NCBI GenBank assembly: GCA_964016885.1
Contig: OZ024740.1
Coordinates: 206,522,001-206,586,000, forward strand
DNA from: Eledone cirrhosa
Lineage: Eukaryota
Direction of reading: 5' to 3'
DNA: 64,000 nucleotides
Shown in pieces: positions 38,401-52,165 of the stretch (positions within the stretch are counted from its first letter, which is position 1; each line of letters starts with the position of its first letter). The notes under the pieces are model-generated. The model made no database searches. It was not told where the DNA came from and saw nothing but the letters and a program-made list of their open reading frames with translations. A program made the translations under genes and the position numbers.

Positions 38401-41400
38401 ACTCTATACAGTTTCTATCTGACCAGTATCTATGACCACTCTATACAGTTTCTACCTGACCAGTATCTATGACCACTCTATACAGTTTCTACCTGACCAG
38501 TATCTATGACCACTCTATACAGTTTCTAACTGACCAGTATCTATGACCACTCTATACAGTTTCTACCTGACCAGTATCTATGACCACTCTATACAGTTTC
38601 TATCTGACCAGTATCTATGACCACTCTATACAGTTTATATCTGACCAGTATCTATGACTACTCTATACAGTTTATATCTGACCAATATCTATGACCACTC
38701 TGTACAGTTTATATCTGACCAGTATCTATGACCACTCTATACAGTTTCTATCTGACCAGTATCTATGACCACTCTATACAGTTTCTAACTGACCAGTATC
38801 TATGACCACTCTATACAGTTTCTATCTGACCAGTATCTATGACCACTCTATACAGTTTCTATCTGACCAGTATCTATGACCACTCTATACAGTTTCTATC
38901 TGACCAGTATCTATGACCACTCTACAGTTTCTATCTGACCAGTATCTATGACCACTCTATACAGTTTGTAACTGACCAGTATCTATGACCACTCTATACA
39001 GTTTCTACCTGACCAGTATCTATGACCACTCTATACAGTTTATATCTGACCAGTATCTATGACCACTCTATACAGTTTCTATCTGACCAGTATCTATGAC
39101 CACTCTATACAGTTTCTAACTGACCAGTATCTATGACCACTCTATACAGTTTCTATCTGACCAGTATCTATGACCACTCTATACAGTTTCTATCTGACCA
39201 GTATCTATGACCATTCTATACAGTTTCTAACTGACCAGTATCTATGACCACTCTATACAGTTTCTACCTGACCAGTATCTATGACCACTCTATACAGTTT
39301 CTATCTGACCAGTATCTATGACCACTCTATACAGTTTCTATCTGACCAGTATCTATGACCACTCTATACAGTTTCTACCTGACCAGTATCTATGACCACT
39401 CTATACAGTTTCTACCTGACCAGTATCTATGACCACTCTATACAGTTTCTAACTGACCAGTATCTATGACCACTCTATACAGTTTCTACCTGACCAGTAT
39501 CTATGACCACTCTATACAGTTTCTATCTGACCAGTATCTATGACCACTCTATACAGTTTGTAACTGACCAGTATCTATGACCACTCTATACAGTTTCTAC
39601 CTGACCAGTATCTATGACCACTCTATACAGTTTATATCTGACCAGTATCTATGACCACTCTATACAGTTTCTATCTGACCAGTATCTATGACCACTCTAT
39701 ACAGTTTCTAACTGACCAGTATCTATGACCACTCTATACAGTTTCTATCTGACCAGTATCTATGACCACTCTATACAGTTTCTATCTGACCAGTATCTAT
39801 GACCATTCTATACAGTTTCTAACTGACCAGTATCTATGACCACTCTATACAGTTTCTACCTGACCAGTATCTATGACCACTCTATACAGTTTCTATCTGA
39901 CCAGTATCTATGACCACTCTATACAGTTTCTATCTGACCAGTATCTATGACCACTCTATACAGTTTCTACCTGACCAGTATCTATGACCACTCTATACAG
40001 TTTCTACCTGACCAGTATCTATGACCACTCTATACAGTTTCTAACTGACCAGTATCTATGACCACTCTATACAGTTTCTACCTGACCAGTATCTATGACC
40101 ACTCTATACAGTTTCTATCTGACCAGTATCTATGACCACTCTATACAGTTTATATCTGACCAGTATCTATGACTACTCTATACAGTTTATATCTGACCAA
40201 TATCTATGACCACTCTGTACAGTTTATATCTGACCAGTATCTATGACCACTCTATACAGTTTCTATCTGACCAGTATCTATGACCACTCTATACAGTTTC
40301 TAACTGACCAGTATCTATGACCACTCTATACAGTTTCTATCTGACCAGTATCTATGACCACTCTATACAGTTTCTACCTGACCAGTATCTATGACCACTC
40401 TATACAGTTTCTATCTGACCAGTATCTATGACCACTCTATACAGTTTATATCTGACCAGTATCTATGACTACTCTATACAGTTTCTAACTGACCAGTATC
40501 TATGACCACTCTATATAGTTTCTATCTGACCAGTATCTATGACCACTCTATTTATAGTTTCTATCTGACCAGTATCTATGACCACTCTATTGAGTTTATA
40601 TCTGACCAGTATCTATGACCACTCTATATAGTTTCTAACTGACCAGTATCTATGACCACTCTATACAGTTTCTATCTGACCAGTATCTATGACCACTCTA
40701 TACAGTTTCTATCTGACCAGTATCTATGACCACTCTATACAGTTTCTATCTGACCAGTATCTATGACTACTCTATACAGTTTATATCTGACCAATATCTA
40801 TGACCACTCTGTACAGTTTATATCTGACCAGTATCTATGACCACTCTATACAGTTTCTAACTGACCAGTATCGATGACCACTCTATACAGTTTCTATCTG
40901 ACCAGTATCTATGACCACTCTATACAGTTTCTATCTGACCAGTATCTATGACTACTCTATACAGTTTATATCTGACCAATATCTATGACCACTCTGTACA
41001 GTTTATATCTGACCAGTATCTATGACCACTCTATACAGTTTCTAACTGACCAGTATATGACCACTCTATACAGTTTCTATCTGACCAGTATCTATGACCA
41101 CTCTATACAGTTTATATCTGACCAGTATCTATGACTACTCTATACAGTTTATATCTGACCAATATCTATGACCACTCTGTACAGTTTATATCTGACCAGT
41201 ATCTATGACCACTCTATACAGTTTCTATCTGACCAGTATCTATGACCACTCTATACAGTTTCTAACTGACCAGTATCTATGACCACTCTATACAGTTTCT
41301 ATCTGACCAGTATCTATGACCACTCTATACAGTTTCTACCTGACCAGTATCTATGACCACTCTATACAGTTTCTATCTGACCAGTATCTATGACCACTCT

Positions 41401-44400
41401 ATACAGTTTATATCTGACCAGTATCTATGACTACTCTATACAGTTTCTAACTGACCAGTATCTATGACCACTCTATATAGTTTCTATCTGACCAGTATCT
41501 ATGACCACTCTATTTATAGTTTCTATCTGACCAGTATCTATGACCACTCTATTGAGTTTATATCTGACCAGTATCTATGACCACTCTATATAGTTTCTAA
41601 CTGACCAGTATCTATGACCACTCTATACAGTTTCTATCTGACCAGTATCTATGACCACTCTATACAGTTTCTATCTGACCAGTATCTATGACCACTCTAT
41701 ACAGTTTCTATCTGACCAGTATCTATGACCACTCTATACAGTTTATATCTGACCAGTATCTATGACCACTCTATACAGTTTCTAACTGACCAGCATCTAT
41801 GACCACTCTATACAGTTTCTACCTGACCAGCATCTATGACCACTCTATACAGTTTCTAACTGACCAGTATCTATGACCATTCTATACAGTTTCTAACTGA
41901 CCAGTATCTACGACCACTCTATACAGTTTCTACCTGACCAGTATCTACGACCACTCTATACAGTTTCTACCTGACCAGTATCTATGACCACTCTATAGAG
42001 TTTCTATCTGACCAGTATCTATGACCACTCTAGAGTTTCTACCTGACCAGTATCTATGACCACTCTATACAGTTTCTAACTGACCAGTATCTATGACCAC
42101 TCTATACAATTTCTAATTGACCAGTATCTATGACCACTCTATAAAGTTTCTACCTGACCAGTATCTATGACCACTCTATACAGTTTCTACCTGACCAGTA
42201 TCTATGACCACTCTATATAGTTTCTATCTGACCAGTATCTATGACTACTCTATACAGTTTCTACCTGACCAGCATCTATGACCACTCTATACAGTTTCTA
42301 CCTGACCAGTATCTATGACCACTCTATACAGTTTATATCTGACCAGTATCTATGACCACTCTATACAGTTTATATCTGACCAGTATCTATGACCACTCTA
42401 TACAGTTTCTACCTGACCAGTATCTATGACCACTCTATACAGTTTATATCTGACCAGTATCTATGACCACTCTATACAGTTTCTACCTGACCAGTATCTC
42501 TGACCACTCTATACAGTTTCTAACTGACCAGTATCTATGACCACTCTATACAGTTTCTACCTGACCAGTATCTATGACCACTCTATACAGTTTCTATCTG
42601 ACCAGTATCTATGAACACTCTATACAGTTTCTATCTGACCAGTATCTATGACCACTCTATACAGTTTCTATCTGACCAGTATCTATGACCACTCTATACA
42701 GTTTCTACCTGGCCAGTATCTATGACCACTCTATACAGTTTCTACCTGACCAGTATCTATGACCACTCTATACAGTTTCTACCTGACCAGTATCTATGAC
42801 CACTCTATACAGTTTCTATCTGACCAGTATCTATGACCACTCTATACAGTTTCTATCTGACCAGTATCTATGACCACTCTATACAGTTTCTATCTGACCA
42901 GTATCTATGACCACTCTACAGTTTCTATCTGACCAGTATCTATGACCACTCTATACAGTTTGTAACTGACCAGTATCTATGACCACTCTATACAGTTTCT
43001 ACGTGACCAGTATCTATGACCACTCTATACAGTTTATATCTGACCAGTATCTATGACCACTCTATACAGTTTCTATCTGACCAGTATCTATGACCACTCT
43101 ATACAGTTTCTAACTGACCAGTATCTATGACCACTCTATACAGTTTCTATCTGACCAGTATCTATGACCACTCTATACAGTTTCTAACTGACCAGTATCT
43201 ATGACCACTCTATACAGTTTCTATCTGACCAGTATCTATGACCACTCTCTACAGTTTCTATCTGACCAGTATCTATGACCATTCTATACAGTTTCTAACT
43301 GACCAGTATCTATGACCACTCTATACAGTTTCAACCTGACCAGTATCTATGACCACTCTATACAGTTTCTATCTGACCAGTATCTATGACCACTCTATAC
43401 AGTTTCTATCTGACCAGTATCTATGACCACTCTATACAGTTTCTACCTGACCAGTATCTATGACCACTCTATACAGTTTCTACCTGACCAGTATCTATGA
43501 CCACTCTATACAGTTTCTAACTGACCAGTATCTATGACCACTCTATACAGTTTCTACCTGACCAGTATCTATGACCACTCTATACAGTTTCTATCTGACC
43601 AGTATCTATGACCACTCTATACAGTTTATATCTGACCAGTATCTATGACTACTCTATACAGTTTATATCTGACCAATATCTATGACCACTCTATACAGTT
43701 TCTAACTGACCAGTATCTATGACCACTCTATACAGTTTCTATCTGACCAGTATCTATGACCACTCTATACAGTTTCTAACTGACCAGTATCTATGACCAT
43801 TCTATACAGTTTCTAACTGACCAGTATCTATGACCACTCTATACAGTTTCTACCTGACCAGTATCTATGACCACTCTATACAGTTTCTATCTGACCAGTA
43901 TCTATGACCACTCTATACAGTTTCTATCTGACCAGTATCTATGACCACTCTATACAGTTTCTACCTGACCAGTATCTATGACCACTCTATACAGTTTTTA
44001 CCTGACCAGTATCTATGACCACTCTATACAGTTTCTAACTGACCAGTATCTATGACCACTCTATACAGTTTCTACCTGACCAGTATCTATGACCACTCTA
44101 TACAGTTTCTATCTGACCAGTATCTATGACCACTCTATACAGTTTATATCTGACCAGTATCTATGACTACTCTATACAGTTTATATCTGACCAATATCTA
44201 TGACCACTCTGTACAGTTTATATCTGACCAGTATCTATGACCATTCTATACAGTTTCTATCTGACCAGTATCTATGACCACTCTATACAGTTTCTAACTG
44301 ACCAGTATCTATGACCACTCTATACAGTTTCTATCTGACCAGTATCTATGACCACTCTATACAGTTTCTACCTGACCAGTATCTATGACCACTCTATACA

Positions 44401-45526
44401 GTTTCTATCTGACCAGTATCTATGACCACTCTATACAGTTTATATCTGACCAGTATCTATGACTACTCTATACAGTTTCTAACTGACCAGTATCTATGAC
44501 CACTCTATATAGTTTCTATCTGACCAGTATCTATGACCACTCTATTTATAGTTTCTATCTGACCAGTATCTATGACCACTCTATTGAGTTTATATCTGAC
44601 CAGTATCTATGACCACTCTATATAGTTTCTAAGTGACCAGTATCTATGACCACTCTATACAGTTTCTATCTGACCAGTATCTATGACCACTCTATACAGT
44701 TTCTATCTGACCAGTATCTATGACCACTCTATACAGTTTCTATCTGACCAGTATCTATGACTACTCTATACAGTTTATATCTGACCAATATCTATGACCA
44801 CTCTGTACAGTTTATATCTGACCAGTATCTATGACCACTCTATACAGTTTCTAACTGACCAGTATCGATGACCACTCTATACAGTTTCTATCTGACCAGT
44901 ATCTATGACCACTCTATACAGTTTCTATCTGACCAGTATCTATGACTACTCTATACAGTTTATATCTGACCAATATCTATGACCACTCTGTACAGTTTAT
45001 ATCTGACCAGTATCTATGACCACTCTATACAGTTTCTAACTGACCAGTATCTATGACCACTCTATACAGTTTCTATCTGACCAGTATCTATGACCACTCT
45101 ATACAGTTTATATCTGACCAGTATCTATGACTACTCTATACAGTTTATATCTGACCAATATCTATGACCACTCTGTACAGTTTATATCTGACCAGTATCT
45201 ATGACCACTCTATACAGTTTCTAACTGACCAGTATCTATGACCACTCTATACAGTTTCTATCTGACCAGTATCTATGACCACTCTATACAGTTTCTATCT
45301 GACCAGTATCTATGACCACTCTATACAGTTTCTAACTGACCAGTATCGATGACCACTCTATACAGTTTCTATCTGACCAGTATCTATGATCACTCTATAC
45401 AGTTTAATATCTCTGACCACTCTATTTTACTTCTATGCAGTTTCTAACTGACCAATAACTATGATCACTCTCTATATTTTACTCCTAAACAGTTTCTATC
45501 TGACCAGTATCTATGACCACTCTATA
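29478..45526 (+). repeat. ~16-kb intronic satellite, 37-bp unit, ~430 copies, derived from the downstream acceptor/exon junction
   Basis: Unit cag|tttctatctgaccagtatctatgaccactctata; identical to 45490-45526. Confidence 0.98.
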
Positions 45527-45607
45527 TTTGAAGCATTCAGCAAAGTGGTCCAGAAACTGATACCTCAGCTACCTACATTGGAAAACCTTCTGAACATGCT
45601 CATCTCT
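45493..45607 (+). CDS. RRAGC: RagC/D exon (G5 region and linker)
   Basis: aaacag| [39 protein letters not shown] |gtaagt. Confidence 0.97.
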
Positions 45608-46374
45608 GTAAGTAACTTAAAAACATTCTGGTTTGTAGCCAACACCACCAGGCAATATCTATATAGCACTTTACAACATCTAATTTAATATTAAACAGAT
45701 ATGGTATTACTGTACAATAGTTAAAAAAAAAAAACGTTTGTCTTTTCATCCTTGCACAAGTGTAGCAGTTTTTGATGGAGCAACTGTTTTTGTAGCTGGT
45801 TCTCATTTCTACATCCAACTTCTAGTGGAATTTGTCACATACGAAGTTATGCTCCTTGATACATACAGAGTTATGTCCCTTGAAATGTCTTGCTTGCCTA
45901 GTTAGAAACAGATTTATGTTGCTTTAGGTAAACAGAACAATATATATGATAAGGTTTGATCTGGTAACTATTCAAACACCTTTACTTCATAGCCCTAGTT
46001 TTCCAAATAAACCACAATGATCGTGAAGTAAATGTTCTTGATTGTTAGGCACAGGGTTAGAAGTTCAAACCTTACTACTCAAAATCAGAAAACAGCACAG
46101 CTCCTATGTCATTATGAAATATTTTTTCACGCTCAGAGTTGCTGAAGCATAGAACAAACTACCTGCATCAGTTGTTAACTGTCTGGACACTGCATCCTTC
46201 AAAACTTCCAAGCTTCCTTAAATTAGCCCTCAAAATATATGCACATATGTGTATGTGTGTGTGTGGCTGTGTGTATATCATGACTCTTACACTGTTCACC
46301 TTCCTGACATTTGTACATTATTCTATGTACTATTCATGTACCTATGATGAGTTGTAGTGCACCTGAGCACTGTA

Positions 46375-46597
46375 GGTGCCACGGAAAAAAAGCACCCAGC
46401 ACTCACTGTAAATGAGGTTAGTGTTAGGAAGGGCATCCAGCTGTAGAAATCGAGCCAAAATCAGTTCCCGTATGAGCAAGACAAGGTCAGCGGACTGGGC
46501 ACTGCCCACAACAGGACGACCCGTCTAACCCCAACAGGACAACCTGTCTAACCTATGCTAGCGTAGAAGAATGGATGTAAAACAGTGATGATGATTA
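46375..46597 (+). mobile_element. RTE 3'-tail-derived repeat
   Basis: tgttaggaagggcatccagctgtagaa...atgctagcgt...(TGA)n. Confidence 0.6.
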
Positions 46598-47059
46598 TTA
46601 CTTCATCCACTGTAGTGTTAATTAGTTAAATATACAGAACTCTACTGGCTTTAGGTTGTCTGACTCATATAAAACTAGTTCTGCTCCCTATTTGTGGTTT
46701 TGTAGTTAGTAATGAGAAGGGGGCCAGTTGTAAAAACAACTACTCCAACAAAAAATGAAACTAACCCATGCAAGTATAAGAAAGTCACCATCATTATCAT
46801 TTATGACCATTTTTCCATGATGGTATGGGTTTGACAGCCCATTAAAGACCCTGGATGAGTGGGGTGATGGTATTGAGGTATTGTACGGCAGGGTACACCT
46901 TGCTTGATATATATGTTTCATATTTGGCTTGATTTCTCTGCCTGAACTACCTTCCTAATGCCAACCACTTTATAGATTGGTATGTGAAATATCAATCTTT
47001 AACTTAAAAACTAATAAGATTTGTGAGTTAACTTGAAGAGACCCAAGCTCTATATTGGA

Positions 47060-47370
47060 GTGTGACTGTCTGGGGATGATGTGTAGGGTGTGGTGTGACT
47101 GGGTAGGGTGTGGTGTGATGTCTGGGTAGGGTGTGGTGTGACTGTCTGGGTAGGGTGTGGTGTGACTCTGGGTAGGGTGTGGTGTAACTGTCTGGGCAGG
47201 GTGTGGTGTGACTCTGAGTAGGGTGTGGTGTGACTCTGGGTAGAGTGTGGTGTGACTGTCTGGGTAGAGTGTGGTGTGACTGTCTGGGTAGGGTGTGGTG
47301 TGACTGTCTGGGCAGGGTGTCATGTGATGTCTGGGTAGGGTGTCGTGTGATGTCTGGGTAGGGTGTGTAG
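47060..47370. repeat. G/T-rich ~20-24-bp minisatellite
   Basis: tgtggtgtgactgtctgggtaggg repeated ~13 times. Confidence 0.9.
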
Positions 47371-47613
47371 AGTGAAATGTAACTGGTTATGAAGCTTAGT
47401 GTAGTTTGACAAACTTGAAATTTGTAGACCTGGCTGTAGCAGGGAAGAGTGGAGATGGTTGTCGGAACAGGATGTGTGGGGAGGAGCCAGGATATGATGG
47501 TTAAGTTGGGGGATTAAACTAAACTAAACTAAACAAACCAAATCAAAATAAAATCTATAACCAATTAACTCCATTCAAAATAAAATAAAAATGAGAAATA
47601 TTTATATTTTCAG

Positions 47614-47756
47614 AATTCTGGTATTGAAAAAGCCTTCTTGTTTGATGTTGTCAGCAAAATATACATTGCCACCGATAGTTCACCTGTTGACATGCAGTCC
47701 TATGAATTGTGTTGTGATATGATAGATGTGGTCTTAGATATTTCCTGTATATATGG
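47614..47756 (+). CDS. RRAGC: RagC/D exon (roadblock domain)
   Basis: ttcag| [47 protein letters not shown] gg|gtaagt. Confidence 0.97.
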
Positions 47757-48200
47757 GTAAGTTAGCAACATCTGTCACGCATTAATATCTACTACTGCAT
47801 ATCTACAGGCACACGTGTGCACACACACACTTTTAATATTTTTACTCCTATGTCCATTCATAATGTGCAACACAACATATCTGCATACACATACACACGC
47901 GTACACATATACACACACATCCCTCCCTCCCCACAGTTCTGGTGTTAACTAAGTCATTAACAAAGGCAATACCAACAGTGAAAAAACTGATAAATCAGTC
48001 ATCTTTGAGCTTTGCAATATTTGTTCTGCACCAAGTTATAGACACTCCCTTATCACCCTTGCTGTCACATGAAACCATGATAAACTCTAACCTATTGAGC
48101 CTCTACGCTTAACAAAGACTTTAACTTTAGCTATACTGACCAATACATCCCATTTCACTACCTTTAGTATGTCACATGATATTTCTTTTGTTATTTGTAG

Positions 48201-48349
48201 GTTACAGGATGATAACGAATTGAACGCATTTGATGATGAGTCTGCATCGATCATCAAACTAAACAATACAACAGTCTTATACCTTCGGGAGGTCAATAGA
48301 TATTTGGCTCTTGTTTGCATTTTACGTGAGGATAACTTCATTAAACAAG
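48201..48349 (+). CDS. RRAGC: RagC/D exon (roadblock domain)
   Basis: tgtag| LQDDNELNAFDDESASIIKLNNTTVLYLREVNRYLALVCILREDNFIKQ g|gtaaga. Confidence 0.97.
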
Positions 48350-48674
48350 GTAAGACAGGGACCAAGATTTGTGGACCACTTTACTTGTGGCCTTCATTTC
48401 TCTTAACGATGTTAACAGATTGTTTTCATGTAGTCGAGATAGGAAATTAGTTCTTTGTTTTCATGAATACGTATATATTATATTGTAGTGTTGGTGTCAC
48501 AGTAAAATGCACCAAGTACACTCTAAAGTGATTGGTGTTAGGAAGGTTACCCAGCTGTAGAAACCATTACTCCTTAATAACTCCTTTACTCCTTTGTAAC
48601 CCTCTTATTCCTTAGTAATCCCTTACTCTTTAGCAACCCCCATCTATACCGAGTTTTCTTTCATTTTCCACCAG

Positions 48675-48817
48675 GTATAATTAACTACAACTTTCTCTGC
48701 TTCCGCAAAGCTATCCAAGAAGTGTTTGAAGTGCGGCAAAAGATGTTGGCCTCCAAGACTGAGAATGGTACTGATCATCAGGTGCTCAATGGTATTGCCG
48801 TCAACAAAGATGAATGA
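48675..48817 (+). CDS. RRAGC: RagC/D last coding exon
   Basis: accag| GIINYNFLCFRKAIQEVFEVRQKMLASKTENGTDHQVLNGIAVNKDE*; TGA at 48815-48817. Confidence 0.95.
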
Positions 48818-49459
48818 ATAGAGATTATGTTTCCTGCCTGTCATCTTTCTACAGACTGGCTGCTCTTCTGTATTGAGACTGCCTTCCTCATTTTAGGATC
48901 AATTTTCAACCTTTGGCTTTCTGCAACTCTTTTTCTATCTCTCTCTCTCCCACTCTCACCCACTCTCTCTCTCTCTCATTAGAATTTTAGTGATTAATTA
49001 TTATAGTTTATGTTTTGTTCTTATATTGTACACCCAACAGTCTAACATGTATGTATAATATACATAACTGAAATATTGTGTGTGTGTGTATATATATATG
49101 TTTGGCTATATCTATCTCTCTATTTGTCTGTCTGTCTATCTATGTCTGTGTAAGAGTGTATATGACTGTGTGGTTCAGTCTGTCTGTTCAGATGTGTACA
49201 CATTTAAAGGTGTTACATCAGTGTGTGTATATTAATTCTTTGTTGTAGACATCTTTCTCTCTTTTCCTCACATCCTCTCTTTATCACACACCTACACACA
49301 CATAATCTTTCTTTCTCATATAGAATCACAGACACACACATACAGATGTTCACCATCTCTTGTCGATTCACTCTCTTTTATATCAGATGCTAAATTTACC
49401 ATCAGTCTGTTCTCTGCAGTGATTTTTGTTGCAAACAAGACATTATCACTACTCATTAA

Positions 49460-49782
49460 TTCCACCAATGTCAACTTTGCCTTTCATCCTTCTGGGGTCA
49501 ATAAAATAAAATACCTGTCGAGCACTGGAGTTGATTTAACTGACCCCCAAAATTGCTGGCCTTGTGCCTATATTAGGAAGCATTATTAGAGCGGTGGATT
49601 GGCAGTATCGGTAGAGGGTTGGACATCGTGCTTTGCAGCATAGAGTTGCGGCCCTTTACGGTTTGAGTTCAAATCCCGTCAAGGTTAACTTTACCTTTCA
49701 TCCTTACGGGGTTGATAAAATAAAGCACCAGTAATTTACTGGGGTAATTGCTGGCCTTGTGCCGAAAGTAGAAACAATTATT
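49460..49782 (+). mobile_element. Two tandem tRNA-SINE copies (partial plus near full length)
   Basis: Same head, core and tail as 12646-12872. Confidence 0.75.
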
Positions 49783-50074
49783 AGTCAATCAAACTCCTAT
49801 AGTTACTTCAGTAGAAGTTAAATGTTACAGTATGAGTTGAAGTAGCAGAGTGGTTTCTGCTGAAATTGACTTCAGATTTGACATTTCTATAGAGAATTTG
49901 ACCGTGAGAGTTTTGCTGTATTGGGCAGGTTTGTCAGAGCAATTTGCATTCCAGTTGGAATATGGTTCCATATCAGAAGGACTGCTCTGTTAGAATCCTC
50001 AACCTCTTGTCAACTTCACAATCTTTCTAGGTTCTAAGTTTTCTCTATGCTTGAATGGATGGTTTTCAAAGTTC

Positions 50075-50113
<39 letters not shown>

Positions 50114-50700
50114 TCTCCCTCTCTCTCTCTCTCTCCCTCTCTCCCCCTCTCTCCCTCTCTCCCTCTCTCTCTCTCTCTCTTCTTGTGCACACACACATGC
50201 ACACTATTATCAATGATTAAAGTGACTTGTTCTTATTAGTTACAACTGCAGTTTTGTCACACCTGCAGTGTTGTCACACCTACAATGTCGTCAACCTGCA
50301 GTGGTGTCACACTTGCAGTGGTGTCACACTTGCAGTGGTGTCACACCTGCTTTCACAAGACACCATCCTACTTTACATTGACTTGCTAATATATTTAAGT
50401 TGCAGAAATGCTTGAAACCATTTATACATACATGTATGTATATGTATACGTGTGCATATATGCAACATTTCTGTGCATGTTGCACATATGCAATTTCCAT
50501 GTTTACACATACAACATGTATGTGTGCAGATATGTACCCATATACATATATGCACTTAGAGTAGCCTGCATACATTCTTGTTTTGCAGTCTTTATTTCAC
50601 CAACAATTGCAGCCATGAGTTTATAGCTTTTTATTTTCTCCTCTTCATATTGCCAGAGTTGTTAGTGTCAGACAAAATATCTACAACATTTGTTCTAGCA

Positions 50701-51063
50701 AGGGCAGTGGATTGGCAGGATCGGTGGAGCGTTGGACAACATGCTTTATGGCATAGAGTTACAGCCCTTCATGATCTGAGTTCAAATTCTGCTGGGTCAA
50801 TAAGATAAAGTACCGGTCATGCATTGGGGATCCATTTAATCGACTTTCTCCTCCCCCAAAAATTGTTGGCCTTGTGCCTAAATCAGAAACCAATATTTGC
50901 TCCAGCTCTTTACATTCTGAGTTCAAATATCACCAAGGTCAACTTTGCCTTTCATCTTTTCAGAGTTGATAAAATAAAGTACCAGTGAAATACTGGTGTG
51001 GATACAATTAACCCCCTCCCCCAAAATTGCTGGCCTTGGACCTTAACTAGAAACCATTATTAT
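50701..51063 (+). mobile_element. Two tandem tRNA-SINE copies
   Basis: gggcagtggattggcag head, gagttcaaat B boxes, conserved core. Confidence 0.7.
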
Positions 51064-51146
51064 TTTTAAAAGTGGAAATAATTGTTGAGAGATGGCATCC
51101 TTTGATTGTCATTTTCAGGATTCTCTGGTGTGTCTTTCTGTATACA

Positions 51147-51194
<48 letters not shown>

Positions 51195-51989
51195 CATGAT
51201 GATGATGATGATATATACACACAAGAGAATTCTGTCAATATGTGATACTGTGTGTATGTTACAGTAACACATGTTAGAATTCATTGACTGATGATTAAAA
51301 CATGGCTTATCTCTGCTAGTATGAAATTCATGATATTGGCATACTTTCTGACTAAACATAACACACACACACATTCGTGTATCACTTTTGCGGTTTCTGC
51401 TGCTTGATACACTGAAATAACTGGCATCATGTGACACTGTTGATTTGTTTTGCTTCTAAATCACAGTTCTCCTTTAATATTGGTTTCGGTGACATTTCCT
51501 AGTTTGTCCAATTGTAACCCAGATAGTTATGACTAGTCTTAATATGATTTCTCTCTACTTAACGTTTTTTATATCAACCCACCTAACACCTCTGCTTTTA
51601 TCATACACAACTGTCTATTTTCAAATAATTATACTTGTATTAAAAATATTCCATCATAATTTTATTGAAGAAATGTTTTGTTATGTTCCAGACATCAGCT
51701 TACTAATGAAAAGTTTAGTTATTTTATTAGATTCTTCAAAATTTTTAAATTCAATTAAACACATAGGCAGTGTATTTCATTAAGATTACAGTAAGAAAGG
51801 GTTAAATCCTGGCCCTTATTTTCACCTTCTCACAATGTCAGTATTATGTACTAATGTACCTTTTGCATCATTGACTTGTTCTGGTGACTACCACGCACAG
51901 AGTCTTCACTAAAACACAACCCAAAATCACTCACAAGCAAGATCGGTGCTAAACTTAAGCAAAACTTACGCCAAATAATAGGTGGAGCA

Positions 51990-52165
51990 ACAGACACCAT
52001 GCTTTGCGGCATTGAGTTACATCCCTTTACATTCTGAGTTCAAATTTGCCTTTCATCCTTACAGGGTTGATGAAATAAAGCACCAGTAATGTACTGGGTT
52101 CGATTTAATCGACTTTCCCCTCCCTCCAAATTATTGGCCAGGTGCCTAAATCAGAAATCAATATT
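51990..52165 (+). mobile_element. tRNA-SINE, partial
   Basis: Conserved core gcctttcatccttacagggttgatgaaataaagcaccag. Confidence 0.7.

Noticed and set aside
29481-45400. The array as a giant coding repeat extending RagC/D
   Set aside because: The 37-bp period shifts frame and a TGA is met within about two units; the ORF track shows nothing here.
29478-45526. Regular 37-bp repeats as a CRISPR array
   Set aside because: Units are contiguous with no unique spacers, there are no cas genes, and the context is a eukaryotic intron.
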